From the human T2T-CHM13v2.0 reference genome, Homo sapiens: a stretch of 64,000 nt of DNA. The notes beneath the pieces are model-generated. The model was not told the DNA's origin. It saw nothing but the letters and a program-made list of their open reading frames with translations, and searched no databases. The DNA lies in NCBI RefSeq assembly GCF_009914755.1, contig NC_060926.1. One strand, given 5' to 3'. Both the position numbers and the translations under genes were made by a program. This document shows, piece by piece, positions 13,001 to 27,043 of this stretch (its first letter is position 1; each line of letters begins with the position of its first letter).

Positions 13001-15519
13001 TTGGCAGCAGACACTGTTGAAGTCCTCGGAGAACACGATGCTGTGAACAGACCGAGGGGAGGAATGGTGGCTGCTCCTCACAAGAGGAAGGGGTCCTGGG
13101 CACATTTGGACTTTGCCTCCTGGAGTGGCCCACAATGCGGGCACTCCCCTGTGGCAGGGAGGGGGAGTCAAGGAAAGGAACTCAGCATTTTCAGGGCTGC
13201 ATTTTCACACAGCAAGCCCTAAAGCTGCGTTTGTTTCCTGAAACAATCTTGATTTCATTCAGAGGAGGAAAACGACATTTTGGAGAGTCTGCGGTCTGGG
13301 GTGCTTTGATCCTCGTTCACAGTCCAGGGAGGTGTAGCCACATCCCCCTCCTCTGCCCTGCTTGGCAACTCACTTTTTTGTGGAATGGTGGCCGCTGGCC
13401 ACTGCTGTTTTGACCAAATAGCTGGGTGGACCCTGAAGGGGCCATTCTGGCCATTTCTGGCCTCAGGCTGGGTGACGGTAGAGGATGTAGTGTCAAGGTT
13501 ATGCGTGACTGATCCTTTCTGTAAAACAGCCCATCCCATCCCTCACATTAAAGGAATATAAACCCGAGTTCATTTGTGTTGGGGTTTGCTTGTGTTAATT
13601 TATAGATCACTTTTTTTCTAATTGTTTAAATGTTCTAAACAAAAGAGTTTATGACTAATTATGTGTTTATGTTGTGTGTCTGATACAATGTAAAGCCATC
13701 TAGTTAACATGAGAGTTATTTGACCATTCTGTTTAAAGTTTAAGAAACACGTGCTGTAGGGAAATCTCCATTTGGTTACTGAAAGTTGTGATGGATTGAA
13801 GGGGTGGTGGTGCTCCACTGCTTTGTGGGAGCTTTCTCCCACCCAAGCTCATGGGTAGTGTTGAAGCCCCCATGCTACAACGTGACCCCCACCCCCAGCC
13901 TGGGGGGCCTGGCTCAAGCTGGAGAGAACTGGGAGAGCACCCATGCAGGCGGCCTCTGGTGGCTGGAGCTGGAGAGTTTCAAGTTGGGGGCTGTCTCAGC
14001 TCCCACCATGTGGACTGGCTCATTTGCAGAGTGGGAGGATGATGGACATGGGTAAGCAGAGGGGAAGGGCCACATTTGCTGCCAGCCTTGGAGTCAATGG
14101 GCCAGCTCAGCCATGTTCCTGCTGAGGTGTTTAGCTCAGCCCAGACTCCTGAGACAAATACGCCTTTCTGCCTAAGCTCACCCCCCTGCACAGCGTCCTG
14201 GCTGCTCTATATAGTGTCTTAGCCAGGCTAGCAGGAGTTCCCATGACTGTCCTCACCATGATGGCATCGTCACTGCATCCCCTGGGTTGAGGGGGTGGGT
14301 GGTGAGGGCATGGGGTGAATGCAAAACACTGTACGGCAAGGCAAAGGACATTGCTGTGGCTGGGATGTGGGCCGCCCACTTTGCATTCTGTCCTGAGAAG
14401 CCATGAGCAGCTGCAGCCACACCTCTCCTGAAAGGGAAGAAGGAGAGAAGCAGAGCTCGGGTTAGAGGCTGTTCTAGTGGCTGGGGCAAGTCAGGGTCCA
14501 GCTTCCAGGTGGCCAGCTCTGGGCAAGGGAAGCAGGAGCAGGCACCAGGCCAGGCCTGACAGCTTTGTGTTTGGGTGGAAGAAGAAAAGGGAAGAGAAAT
14601 CACCATCTTTGGCAATGAATAAGGCACACCCAGCCTGCTTTGGGGTTTAGAGCCTCCTGCACTCCCACCTCCACCATAGAGGAGCCAGACTGGGTTCATG
14701 CTCCACAGTCTTCCAGCTGCGTCTCCTGGAATGAACCTTTGAGTAACAACTCTGAGTGAGTGATGATACCCCCCTTATTGTGGACCCACACTCAGAGATA
14801 AGCCCAACTCACAGGTCACGGGGAAGCCCGTGTCCTTATCTCTTCAGTTCCCGGCCCTCTTGGAGCAGCATGTCTCCTTTGATGAGGGGGTTGAAATACT
14901 GGATGCTTTCCTCGGTCCTTTCATACACTTATTCAGAAATTTATGTGACACGCTGGAAGGACTTCCTGGACAACAGACGGGCAAACTTTCAGTTAATTGT
15001 GTGAGGGCTTCAAGTGGTTTCAAGTGACAATGGAGTAAGAAATGAGACTTGTCAAAGTCCTTGCCTGTTGTAGGAGAGAGAACCGCGCTGCTCCTGGTGC
15101 ACGCTGACTGCAGTCCTAACCACGCAGCTCTGACAGCAGACCGCCATGTACAGTGTTCCTGTTGTCTTTGTCTGTGGTATTGTGAAATTGATGTGGTAAT
15201 CAAATGACGAATGAGGCCTGGTGCGTGGGAGTGAGAGGGGTCATGTATGGGAACACTGGGTTGATTCACCTCAAGAAAAAGCCCCAGAATCCCTGGCTGC
15301 AGAACCCAGGGGTGCCGCTGCCTGGAAAGGACAGAGTAGCAAGCCAGCCCCTCACCCAAGGGAAGGCTTCAGAAGAGGCTTGGCCCCCACCATTGTGGGC
15401 CTCAGGTTGTCTACCATTCATCTTTGTTACACTTTGTGATGTAGCTCTGGACCAAGCCTCTTATCATCTTTGTATCCCTAAGGCCTGCTCCATAATAGAC
15501 CCTCAACTGTTTGTTAAAG

Positions 15520-15849
15520 CAGGAGTCCACAGTCCCCGGGCTGCAGACCAGTACTGGCCTGTGGCCTGTTAGGAACTGGGCTGCACAGCAGGAGGCGAGT
15601 GGCAGGCATTACTGCCTGAGCTCCACTTCTTGTCAATCAGCGGTGGCATTAGATTCTCGTAGGAGCACAAACCCTGTTGTGAACTGCGTATGTGAGGGAT
15701 CTGGGTTGCGTGCTCCTTATGAGAATCTAACTAATGCCTGATGATCTGAGGTGGAACAGTTTCGTCGCGAAACCACTCCCCTTGACCAGCCCCCCAAAAT
15801 TGTCTTCCACAAAACCAGTCCCTGGTGTCAATAAGGTTGGGGACTGCTG
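15520..15849 (+). mobile_element. MER1B (hAT-Charlie) non-autonomous DNA transposon
   Basis: CAG...CTG termini, MER1-type internal text, perfect 8-bp TSD tgttaaag at 15512-15519 and 15850-15857. Confidence 0.92.
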
Positions 15850-16189
15850 TGTTAAAGAGATTGCCAGTTTACAGAGAAGAAACAGCATGAGGTGCAGAAG
15901 CAAGAAATTGGAGGTGCTGAAGAAAGAGTGGCTGAAGTGTGTGGTGTGGAAGGCAGTCGGCAGATCCCCGCCCACCCCAGGCTGCTCCTGGCACCTCCCA
16001 GACATTGCGCTTGTGATTATTGACACATCTCACTCATCTCCCAGATTGTGAGCACCTGTTTTGCTCAGCACAAACATTTTAAAGCACTTTTTTCAGGGCA
16101 ACTTATTTTCAAACTGCTTCTTACAGAAAATCCCCTGAACGTTCATGGTATATGGGTGAACCACAAGGAGCTGAGCTGCAGTTGTAAAC

Positions 16190-16640
16190 TGGGCTGTCCC
16201 AAAGAACTCCAGGAGAAGCTGGGAACCAAGAAGGACATAAAAGAAGTGAGGGAATTGCCTGCCTTGTTATCTGAGGAAGGGCAGTCCCAGAGAGGGTGGC
16301 TGATGCAAAGGCCACACCAGATAAAAGTCTAAACAGCAAAGAGGCCAGGGCAGGAGCAGGATGAAGACACTGCTAGGAGGTTCACAGGCCCCGTCATTGC
16401 TGTTGGACACAGACTGTGAGGACTGTGGGAGGGACGCTGGTCAAATTCCCAGGGTATGGGAGTTGGGGTACTAAGGGAGTTGAAGTCGTACTTGTGGGGA
16501 AGATAGAGCTAATAGAGTTGTCAATGGATTGGATGTGGGATGTGAGAGGAGGAGGAGGCCAGGATGTTATTTCTTGCCTGGAGCAAGTGGAAGGACAGAA
16601 CTCCATCTACTGAGATGGGAAACCTTGAGGGGCTGGTGAG
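16190..16640 (-). mobile_element. L2 fragment
   Basis: gatagagcta...atggattggatgtggg...ctggagcaagtggaagga...actgagatggga. Confidence 0.6.
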
Positions 16641-16737
16641 GTGAAAGAGGAAGGCTGGAACGGTCTGGGCTTGTTCTGCTCCTGGAGCATCCTCCTCTGC
16701 CCTCTTGTTTACAGGGATATCCATGTCCCTATCCAAG

Positions 16738-17065
16738 GTATCTCAGTCAGTTCAGGCTGCTATAACAAAATAACTGAGACTGGTAAACAGCAGAAATGTA
16801 CTTCTTAGACCTGTGGATGTTGGGAAGGCGCTGGCATTTAGGGTCTGCTGAGGGCCTTCTTGCCATGTCCTCACATGACAAAAGGTGAAGGGCAAAAAGG
16901 GCCTACCTAGTTCCCTCCAGCCCTTTCATACAGCACTAATCCCACCTATGAGGCCAGAGCCCTCAGGGTCTAATCACCTCCCAAAGGCCCCGCTTCTTAA
17001 TACTATCACATTGATGGCTACATTTCAACATAAGGAATTCTGGGGGACACATTCAGACTGTAGCA
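16738..17065 (-). mobile_element. MST/MLT1A-type MaLR LTR
   Basis: ctcagtcagttcaggctgctataacaaaa...taatcacctcccaaaggcccc...ggggacacattcagactgtagca. Confidence 0.85.
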
Positions 17066-17375
17066 CAGTGACTGACTCCCTCCATTGGAGTCTGGGATGT
17101 GCATTTGTATTCTGGTTCAGGCCCTGTATTATAGTAGTAAGCATATTTATTAAACTAATGAGGCATGTCAGTTAAGTAAATGAAGTTAACTCATTGCCAT
17201 TGCTGCCTGTCCATCATCACTGGCAGACAGTAGGGCTTGGGAAATGGAAAGCCAGAGATAAATGAACATCTCCCAGTGAGCACAAGCTCGGGGGCCCTAA
17301 GTCAGGTCATTTGTGTCTGCAGGTGAGAAGGGATACGCATTGCCAGCATGTTACTTCTCTTCCTGTGCTTGATTT

Positions 17376-17652
<277 letters not shown>

Positions 17653-18714
17653 CCTGTGCTTGATTTTTCTAAAGCACATTACTTTCCTGTATTTAAGCCC
17701 TAGCAGCGTTGGATGGATGTTTTGCAGCATGCTTGGGTGTTAAGTGTCCTTTGAGTCAGAGCTTTACTCACAGTGACCCTCTCCTGCCCTGTGCAGGTAT
17801 AGAGAGCTGGGAGGTGGGAGGTGGGAGAGGGCTGGGCCCCAGCTCTGAGGGGAGGAGGAAGCAGACCTCTTCAGTACAAGAGGACCATGATGCTGCCCCC
17901 TCAGAACATGGATGTCTATCCTGGAGGGACAGAGCACCCACCTCACTTCCCTGGGAGTCCAGGGTCCACTCACACTCCTCTGATTGGGAGACTCTGAATT
18001 CCTTCCAACAGTAGTCGTAACTTCATTTGACAGGCGAGGAAACTGATGCACAGAGATGGGACCCTGTGGAAGGTCACATGCTTCACAGCGGTTCACCAGG
18101 TCTGATGCCATTGCCTGGGCTCCCCTCCCCCATGCCACCAAGCCATATTGCTTCAAGGAACAGGCCTGTGCTCTCATGTTCCTTTTCAATAGCAACCTTT
18201 GGGCCTAATTTTTGGTGATTATAAACTGTAGCGCAAGCAAAGTACCGTGGACCTTGGTGAAAAGTTCCGGTTGGAGGAACTGGAGAAGGTAGGAAAGTTG
18301 GGTAAAACTCACATAGACTTAGCTGTAGAGAAAGGGCTTCCAGGCTCACAGATGGCTCCAGTACAAGCGCTGTGGGGGCCAGCCTCAGGGGAGGTTAGGA
18401 AAAGCCAAGGTGAGAACCTCACATGCCAAGGTGACAACCTCACATGGCTGACAGCCCATGTACTGAGCTCCATGCGGATGTTTTCTGTGTTTCTTCACAT
18501 ATGTGCTTGCTCCTCAGTGTGTCCTGGTGAGACCAGTGTTATTTCCGTTATACAGAAACTGAGGCTGAGAGAAGCTCAGCAGCTCTTTCACCTATGGGGG
18601 AGGAGGGATCTGAAGTGGGATTAGCTGAGCAAGTGGGTGGATTCCTGAGGCCCCACTCTGGGCCTCACAGGTTGATCCAAGGGTTTAGTCTGCGGAAGGG
18701 CAGGTGTTGACACC

Positions 18715-19086
18715 TGTCTTAATCCATTTTCTGCTACTCCAACAACATACCACAGCCTGGGTAGTTTGTAAAGAAAAGCAACTTATTTCTTACAGTCTGG
18801 AGGCTGGGAAGTCCAGGAGCATGGTGCCCGCATCTGGTGAGGGTCTTCCCATGGTGGAAGAGTGGAAGGTGGAAGCCAGCATGAGAGACGGAGAGGAAAT
18901 CGGGCTAAACTCCCGATTTATCGGGAATCCACTCCCCTCACTCCTACAGAAACAGCATTAATCCATTCATGAGGACAGAGTCCTCGCGTCCTAATCACCT
19001 CTTAAGTGCCCCGCCTCCCACTACTGTTAGAATGACAATTAAGTTTTCAACACAGGAACTTTGGAGAACACGTTCAAACTGTATCA
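18715..19086 (-). mobile_element. MST-type MaLR LTR
   Basis: tgtcttaatccattttctgct...ctggaggctgggaagtcca...aatccattcatgagg...cacgttcaaactgtatca. Confidence 0.85.
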
Positions 19087-19764
19087 AGAGCCTTTTGTGG
19101 ACCAGGGTGCTGGGGGCCTGGTGGGCTTGGAGCCAGAGCCCCGAGAGGCATGAGGAAGGCCTTCCTGAGACCCCTCCCAGGTCCCCTCCACCTTGTCCGT
19201 GTTCCTGCAGCATGTGGCCTTTCCATCCTAGTTAATACCTGGGCCTTTGAGGCAGCATTTTTTGTTTTTGTATTTTATGCTAGAGAAGCATATTTGACTT
19301 CGTTTAAAAGGTTAAGATCTTTCCTAAGCAGATGGCTTTTGTTTGAAAGAAAAAAAAATGGAAGGCCTGCTTGCTTCCACTATTCCCTTGCACCGTAGGA
19401 TGGGGAAGGACACCCAGGGTTGGAGTAGTCTCCAAAGTGGGCAAATTAGAATCAAGGACCCCAACTGCTGTATCGTAGGCCCAACTCCTCCTGCATCGCC
19501 TCCCAGAATCAGTCCTTCTGCTTTTATGACCCATGCCAACCCCACAACCCCTTCCCACTTGACATCAGATGGCAGTTTTCTCCAGTGTTCAACATCCTCT
19601 TCTTCCTGGGCGGCCCCCTCAAGTTGGCCATATTTAAGGAAGAATGAGTTTTGGTGTGTTCTCATCTCATGGTCACACGCTCTTCTTCTCATACCTGTTT
19701 TATCATTTGCTTTGCATTAAAAGTTGATTCATAGCACTTAACTTTCTCATTGGTTATGTAGAGA

Positions 19765-19809
19765 CATTCATTCACTCACTCACTCACTCACTCACTTACT
19801 CACTCATTC
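19765..19809 (+). repeat. (CACT/CATT)n tetranucleotide microsatellite
   Basis: cattcattcactcactcactcactcactcacttactcactcattc. Confidence 0.9.
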
Positions 19810-20598
19810 CAAATATAAACCAGAGGAAGTTTCTGCTGCCATTGGCTATTGCTCTGGAATACTTGGAAGCAGGCCTTCCTGGTCTTTGCTGTATGCAGCA
19901 CGTACCTTGGCTGGTGACAGACCTGAGCGGATGCTTGGGAGCAGAATGTGAGCTGTTGTGGCAAGCCTGCACACAGGCCAGTGCTGCCTTGTCTTTGGAG
20001 TGGAGCCTCCAGTTTGCTGGTCACCTTGGGCTTGGCCATTCTGGAGTTACTGCTCCTGTTCTCTCTGTTGGCCTTGCCTTGTCCCTGCTGCCCCTCCCTG
20101 TCACCGCAGCCATTCTGGCTCTGGCCCATTCAGTTTATGGCATCAGTGGCTGCATTTTACTTACCCTGTGCCCATCCCCATGTTTGTGCCATGTCATAGA
20201 AAGTCCTCCTAGGTGCCCGTTGTTCTCTTATTTGCTGGGCTTCAAGAATTGGTGGCCCTGAAGCCCCCAAGGGTCCCAGGACCCCTGTTAGGTGTAGACA
20301 AGGTCTGAGTAGATCCCTGGGTAGATTCAGTTTCCATCTGGCCCTAGGGGACCCATGGAAACGGAGGCTGGTCTGGAACACTGTGGTAGAGAGTGGGTCA
20401 CATTTTCTTTCTAGGTTGGATTAACAGCTCTAGTAGAGCCACTTCAGTGAACCCGTCGTCTTTACGTTAAAGTCATCTCACACCATGGAGTCTCCAGAGT
20501 GGTGAGGTCCAAGCCTAGCCTAGGGAATATTGGGAGTAGGGGAGGCTCAGGGGATGTGTTCAGGGTGTTCTGAGCCCCACCTGGAGTTAGAGAGGGGG

Positions 20599-21470
20599 TG
20601 TGGTATTGTGAAATATATACTTGGTCTACCTCCCTCTTTTCCTGAGGTATTCTTAGAATCTCTGGAGCGGTAAGAGTATCTTTGTATGCTAATGAGAGAA
20701 TCTCTGGAGCGGTAAGAGTATATCTTTGTATGCTAATGAGATGACTGGTGGCTGGGGGCTCTTAAATTTAGGATTTGGCTGGTTGCCAGGGTAACCAATC
20801 CCATGATTAGAGGGCTGGAATTTACAGTCTTCCACCCTCCCACCTCTGGGGAGGGGAGAGAGGCTGAAGGTTGAGCTGGTAAATCAATGGCCAGTGATTT
20901 AGTTAATTATGTCTATAATGAAGCTTTCATTAAAGACCCAAAAGGAGGCCAGGTGTTATGGCTCACACCTGTAATCCCACCACTTTGGGAGGTCAAGGTG
21001 GGAGGATTGCTTGAAGTCAGGAGTTTGAGACCAGCCTGGGCAACATAGTGAGACCCCATCTCTAATTTTAAAAAATTAGTAATTATCCAGATGTGGTGGC
21101 ACACACGTGTGGTCCCAGCTACTCAGGAGGCTGAGATGGGTGGATGGCTTGAGCCCAGGAGTTTGAGGCTACAATAAGCCTGATGTCATTGCACTCCAGC
21201 CTAGGAGACAGAACAAGACCCTGTCTCTAAAAGCTGGAAAAAAAAAAAGTACAAAACCCCAAAACTCCAAAGGACTGAGTTCTGGGAGCTTTTGGATAGC
21301 TGAGCATGCAGAGGTTCCCGGAGAGTGGCACATAGGGCGGGCAGGGCAGCTCCACGCCCTTCCCACATGCCTTGCTCTGTGCACCTCTTCCAGCTGGAGG
21401 TTCATCCGCATCCTTTGCAGTATCCTTCCTGTCTGTCTGCAGGAAGGTGATATTTGTCTTTCTGAGGTTA
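20599..21470 (+). mobile_element. MER21-family LTR interrupted by an AluJ, with a 42-bp tandem duplication
   Basis: tatgctaatgagatgactggtggctgggg...catgattagaggg...ggagaggctgaaggttgag...atcaatggccagtgattta. Confidence 0.75.
20947..21248 (+). mobile_element. AluJ
   Basis: ggaggattgcttgaagtcaggagtttgag...gggcaacatagtgagacc; A tail. Confidence 0.93.
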
Positions 21471-23259
21471 TTATTAATAGTAACTTTCAGTGCCAGTGAA
21501 TGGTGTGACACCTCACTGATCTATGATTTTAGCTGTCTTGGATTTGGGGTTTCTGAGAGTAAGTCCTTTCCTCTTTCTGCCCCTCTAAAGTAGCCTCTTT
21601 CTTAGAGGCTGCTGACTCATGCTCAGCTTCATGCCAGCCTTTCATTTTACTTTCTCTCTTGTGCTGCCTGTGTTTGGAGAGCAGAGGCACAGTGAAGCTT
21701 CTCAGCCCATTTGCTGCCACAGTGACAGCAATAGGCTGTGGTGGGGTAGGACGGGGGTGGGGTAGGACGGGATCCGGTGGGTGGGGCAGGGAGAGGGGCC
21801 CCCATTGCACTTGGGCTTTTTCTTTGGGTTGATAACGATAGTTCATATTTCATCTCCATGTGACCTTGAAAAAAATCACTCTGAGCATCCGTGACCTCAT
21901 CCGTGCAACTCCTTTTAAAAATTATTCTTAGAAGAACCCCAATGAATAAGCAAAAGTGGAGCTCTGATGTGTTAATCCTCACCCCTCAACTCCAGCTCCG
22001 GGGAGCCTGAGAGGTTCCTGAGGTGGAGGGACCTGCAGTACTCCCGCTAGGCCTCTGGCAAACCTTTCCCAGGACTGCTGCTGAAGGCCTTGCCACCTCA
22101 CTAGTCCTGTGTGAATCCTAACACCCCTCCCGTCCTGCCAGTGCCCTCTCCACCACCCCTTTCCCTGCCCCCCATGGCTGGAAGGGACATCATGGGAAGT
22201 GGGATAGAACCTCAGGGTTTACTGTCCACTTGATGGCCTGCCGCCTCTTGTCGGAGGGGTCACGTGAGTGCGCAGAGTGAGGAATGGGAGCTGCTCACTT
22301 CATGGGTTATTGCTTCTTTTTTCTTGACCCCAAGAAAAAATTCCAGCCCCCTAGACAGCTCCCACACATTCTGTCTCCTCTTCTGCTTAAGTGCAGTTTT
22401 TCCTCCTAATGAACTCTGGTCTTCAAATGGAGCTGGGAGGAAAAACAAGGACCTTGGGAATATACGAATCCTTGGTGAATTACCTTATATTAATGAGACC
22501 AAGAAGAGAAATCGAGTTCAGCTGTGCAAATTAGCTTTGCGTTCTGGGCCTTGATGACTTAAATTGCAGATTCTAATTAAATGTCCCCAAATAACTATGA
22601 AGTGCTTCTAAGGTCTTTTTGACCTAAAAGTTTCTGTGACCTGTGAACTCTCTCAAGTGTAAAATTAGTCTGTAGATGTACCCCTTTAAGCATTTCTATC
22701 TCCAGAAACCTCATGATGCCTAGGATATAAACCACCCTCCTAAGGGCAGAGCAGGCTGGTGGAGTGGGCAGGGACCCTGCAGGGAGAGGTGGAAAGGGGT
22801 AGGCATGGGTGAGTTTCGGAGCTTCCCCAGGGCTGGCAGGATGTTGGGGTACAGATGTGTCCCTCTGTTAGGTGGCCTGTCTCCACTGTCATAAGTGAAG
22901 GGGGTGACCGACACCTTCACTAACAGGCTGAGCAGGGCAGCAAGGCAGGCAATGGAATGCTTTAGACACACTGGGAAAAGGTTCAAAAGGGAAGAGCCTC
23001 TTCTTCAAGCTGAAGTCATGCCTGGGGTGCTGCCCTGCCTCTGGCCAGCATGGGGTGCAAATCTTCAGTGACACAAGAGTATGGCTGTTAGAGAAGGAGG
23101 AAGACAGTTCCCCATGATCACACCCCCAGCATGGCTGTCATCTTGATGCAGCCACCTGCTGGCTGTCCCCTCTGTACAGTACCTCTTTAAATGGCTGCAA
23201 ACAGAGCAAAGGTGGGCTATTTCTTTAAAAACACATGATGCAGAACTCACGTAAGTTTT

Positions 23260-24500
23260 TTTTTTAATGCTATGTTGTCTTGTATACACTTTGTATTGGG
23301 GTATAAAAATCACCTGTGTACAGCTCAGTGAATTTCACACAGTAAAGTCTGTGTGTAACCCGCACCCAGATCATTTCCAGAGCCCCGGAAGCCCTCTCAC
23401 CCTCCCCAGTCAGTACCCACCCCTTCAGGATACCACTCTCCATACTCTGGATGCCACAGCTTCGTTTGGCCTGTGCTTGAACTTCGTATGAATGGATTTG
23501 CCTAGAATGGTCTTAACTTTTCCCCTTGACGTTGTTTCTGAGACTCATCCCATTGTTTCATCTGTTCTACTGTTGACGAACATTTAGGTTGTCTCAGGTA
23601 TCTTGCTACTGTGAATGTTGCTGTTCTAAACCTTCTCTACAGGCTTTTGGTGAGCATAAGTGTGCGTTTCTGTTAGCAGCTCCCCCTCTGAGTTGTATGC
23701 CAGGTCACAGGGTAGGTGCATGTTCAACTTAAGTAGAGACGGCCAGTTTTCCAGCGCGGGTGACTATTTACGCTCTACCAGTAGTATCACTTCCAGTTAC
23801 TCCACGTCCTCATCAACACTTGGTACTGTTGGTCTTTTGTCATTTTTGCTATTCCAGTGCTTGTGCAGAGGTATCTCATGGGTTCAGTTTGCATTTCCCT
23901 GATGACTAATGGGGTTGAAGAACTTCTCCTGTGTCTGTTGGCTTTATTATGATCATTTTGATAGCCAGATAATAGTGTGTCTTATGGATGTTCCAGAACA
24001 TTCTTTTCTTACCTATAGCTGGGCATTTGGATTGCTTTATTATTATAAGTAATGCTGCAATAAGCATTTTTACCCAGTAGTCTTTTCCATGTTCTATACT
24101 ATTGGCAAGAGTTTTGTTATCATTTACAAATTTTGATAATTAATGCCAGATGGCTTTCTGAATGTTTGAACTACTCTAAGATGGAGTAACAATATAGGAG
24201 AGTCCTAGACAGCTTCCCCCAGGTCCTCCAGCAATGTGTATTCTCATTGAAGAACAAACAAAACTCTTTTGGAGGACGAATTTAGGTGAAGGAAAGCATA
24301 TTTAGCATTGCGTTACTTAATGAGTTTGGTCACTTTTTCAAAATGTTTACCATGTGTGTTCCTCATTTATAAATTCCTACCTTTTGCCACTTGCATTTTG
24401 GTGAGTTTTTTGTTAATGTGTACAACCATTACTGTAAAAAGCAGATATTAGTACTGTAAGCACTTTCCTGTTTTACCAGTCACATTGCACATTGCTTCAC
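23260..24500 (-). mobile_element. Old L1 (L1ME-like) 3' fragment
   Basis: gtacagctcagtgaatttcac...tttgcatttccctgatgactaatg. Boundaries approximate. Confidence 0.7.
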
Positions 24501-25275
24501 TTGTGTGCCTTTTGACGTTAACCAGCAAATCTTCCCCTTGGTGATTTTTATTGTGGCTCCCCCACCAGGCCACTGCCGTGTCTGCAGAGATGCCCAGACT
24601 GAAGGTCCCTGGGCACCCCTAGTGGGAGGGATAGGAGCATAGCCTGTGAGAGAAACTGAGTCAGCCCTGGGCTAAGCACTCTGCTCTTGCGGTCATCTGA
24701 TTCCCCGACCCTGGTGCTTTGAGAGGGATGGCTCATGAGCTGAGCCCTGCCCTGTGGCCTGCCAAACAGCCCCTGTGGTGCTGGGACTGAGTGGGGCCTG
24801 GGGGCCCAGCAGCAGCAGCATTGTGGGAACTCAGTGGAGTTTGCAGAGCCCTCTCCTGTTCACGCACATTTGGTTTTCATTGCAGCCCCATGAGATGGGT
24901 GCAGCCCATCCATCCTGAAGGGCAGGGCCTTAAGAGGGCCCTGCAGCTTCTCCCAGGGCCTACAGTTTGTGAGTGGGGAAACTGGTCTCACATTCTCATC
25001 CCCCTAAACCACACCCAGCTGCTCACCTGGCTCTTTAGGACAGGCCCAGACTCCCCCAGCAGATCAGCCCTGCAGGGGAGAGGAATATGTGCTTTCTCTT
25101 TCTCATTTATTTTGGGTTTGAGCAAAACTTGTATTTTTGAGCCAGAAGGTTGGATTGGGGTGTGGAGCTCAAACAAACATGGAGTAGCTCTTGGCCTCCA
25201 CGTTTCTAGGCATTGCAGTCTCTCAGAAACTTCATGTTTGACCAGCTTGTTAAGTTTTCGCTTTCTTATTTTTAG

Positions 25276-25337
25276 ATGATGGATTTGGACATGCTTCTAT
25301 GAAGAAATGCCACATGGTCCGAGAGCAAACATGTCCA
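25276..25337 (+). other. INPP4A: 62-nt non-coding 5'UTR exon of INPP4A (c.-165 to c.-104)
   Basis: Acceptor ctttcttatttttag|ATGATGG and strong donor TCCA|gtaagt, about 920 nt upstream of the ATG exon. Contains 7 ATGs. Confidence 0.85.
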
Positions 25338-26257
25338 GTAAGTTGTTTGGTGAATTAACCCAAGGACAGGAGCCCAGGTCCTTCAGGCACAGGGTGTGGA
25401 CACCCTTTGAGAAGATCAGGGCTGTCTCTGGAAATATGAAGACCTCTGAGAGAGTGTTTTAAACTAGGCTTATTGTTCAGTCTAATTATCTTAACTTGTA
25501 AAGGTTGGTTCTTTCTAGAGACAGCAGGAGTTGTAGCATATAGGGTTGGAAAAACCTGAAACACCTTCTCGCTGCTTAATCTAGTTTTGAGAGCAGAGTG
25601 TGAGCTCTGGAGCTCTGAGCCATGTGAAGCGTGTGACTCAGCCTGTGGCAGTGTTTTACCCAGAGCCCTCCCTTTCCATAGCACAGCACCCTCCACTTCG
25701 CTTAGGCCCAGATTACATGCTTTGCGGGAAGGAAAGCCTGAGACCCAGACACACGTGAAGTTTATGCAGCTCTGGGAAGAAAGCCAGCAGGTTAGAGTTG
25801 TGAGCTTTGTCTCACTAGTGTTTTGCCACCTGTATGTAGCCCGTGGACAGCAGACTCTTCTGCAGCTCTTACCCTTCTCACAGAGGTTGTGGTGAATTGA
25901 TTTAAATGTTTAAAGGTTCTAAGAGACTTGCCAACAGAAGAGCATAATAAAGAGAACAAGAAAATCTCGAAAGCCATATTTTATAATTATATGAAAACCA
26001 TCATTCACTGTGGCATATCTCTGCTGAAGAGGACAGGACATCCTCAAGGGATCCCATGGACACCCTGTGTTGGGGAGTGGGGAGGAAGAAGTGACCAGAA
26101 GGGGCAGGGAGCAGCGGACAGTCCACCCCGGTTCCTCACATGCTGGGGAACCCTGTCACTGTACCTCGCCCCCGGTAGGTCACGTTCTTTCTAAATGAGA
26201 GCATGATTTCTCTCCATCACCGTCCCCATGGTTTCTTACAAGTGCTCCTTTTCTCAG

Positions 26258-26501
<244 letters not shown>

Positions 26502-26998
26502 TGAGCTCACAGCACCTGGGCTCCACACTGCAGCAGTGCTGGCAGGTACCCAATGATTCCCCATGACTACCCTAGACTACAGGGTACCCTGGTTTGGCAT
26601 CCTTCTGGTTGAACCAGGAAATAGGGAAGGGGGATGTCAGCCCTCTTCCTGTGAACCGCTTCTGCTGGAGCCTGACTACATTAGTTTTCCAGTTTGGTGG
26701 CAGGGGCACCACCAGGGTAGTGTGGGAATGTCCAAGTGTTTTGCTGGCCCATGCCCAGGCCATGGTAAAAGCCCTCCCTGTTGTGGATGTGTAGATCTGA
26801 GGAGGAGCAGGGGTTTGGTTGTGGGGTCAGGGACTTCTTAGCAATCTCAAAAACAAAATATTTTTAAAATAAAGAAATTGTCTTGCATGGCAGTTTTTGT
26901 TGTTGTTGGGGGGAAGTAGAGGGTCATTTGTGCATTTAATCTGAAAACAGAGAAAAGTTTATTAAGGATGATTTTTCTGTCATTTCTTTTCTATTCAG

Positions 26999-27043
26999 GA
27001 AATATACAAGACCCAGATGAGCCCATTTTAGAATTTAGCTTAG
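26999..27043 (+). CDS. INPP4A: INPP4A exon: (G)NIQDPDEPILEFSL(A)
   Basis: tttctattcag|GA...TTAG|gtaggt; 45 nt, phase 1-1. Confidence 0.96.

Noticed and set aside
21418-21430. GTATCCTT resembling a U12-type 5' splice site
   Set aside because: Lies inside an LTR with no associated exon or U12 branch site.
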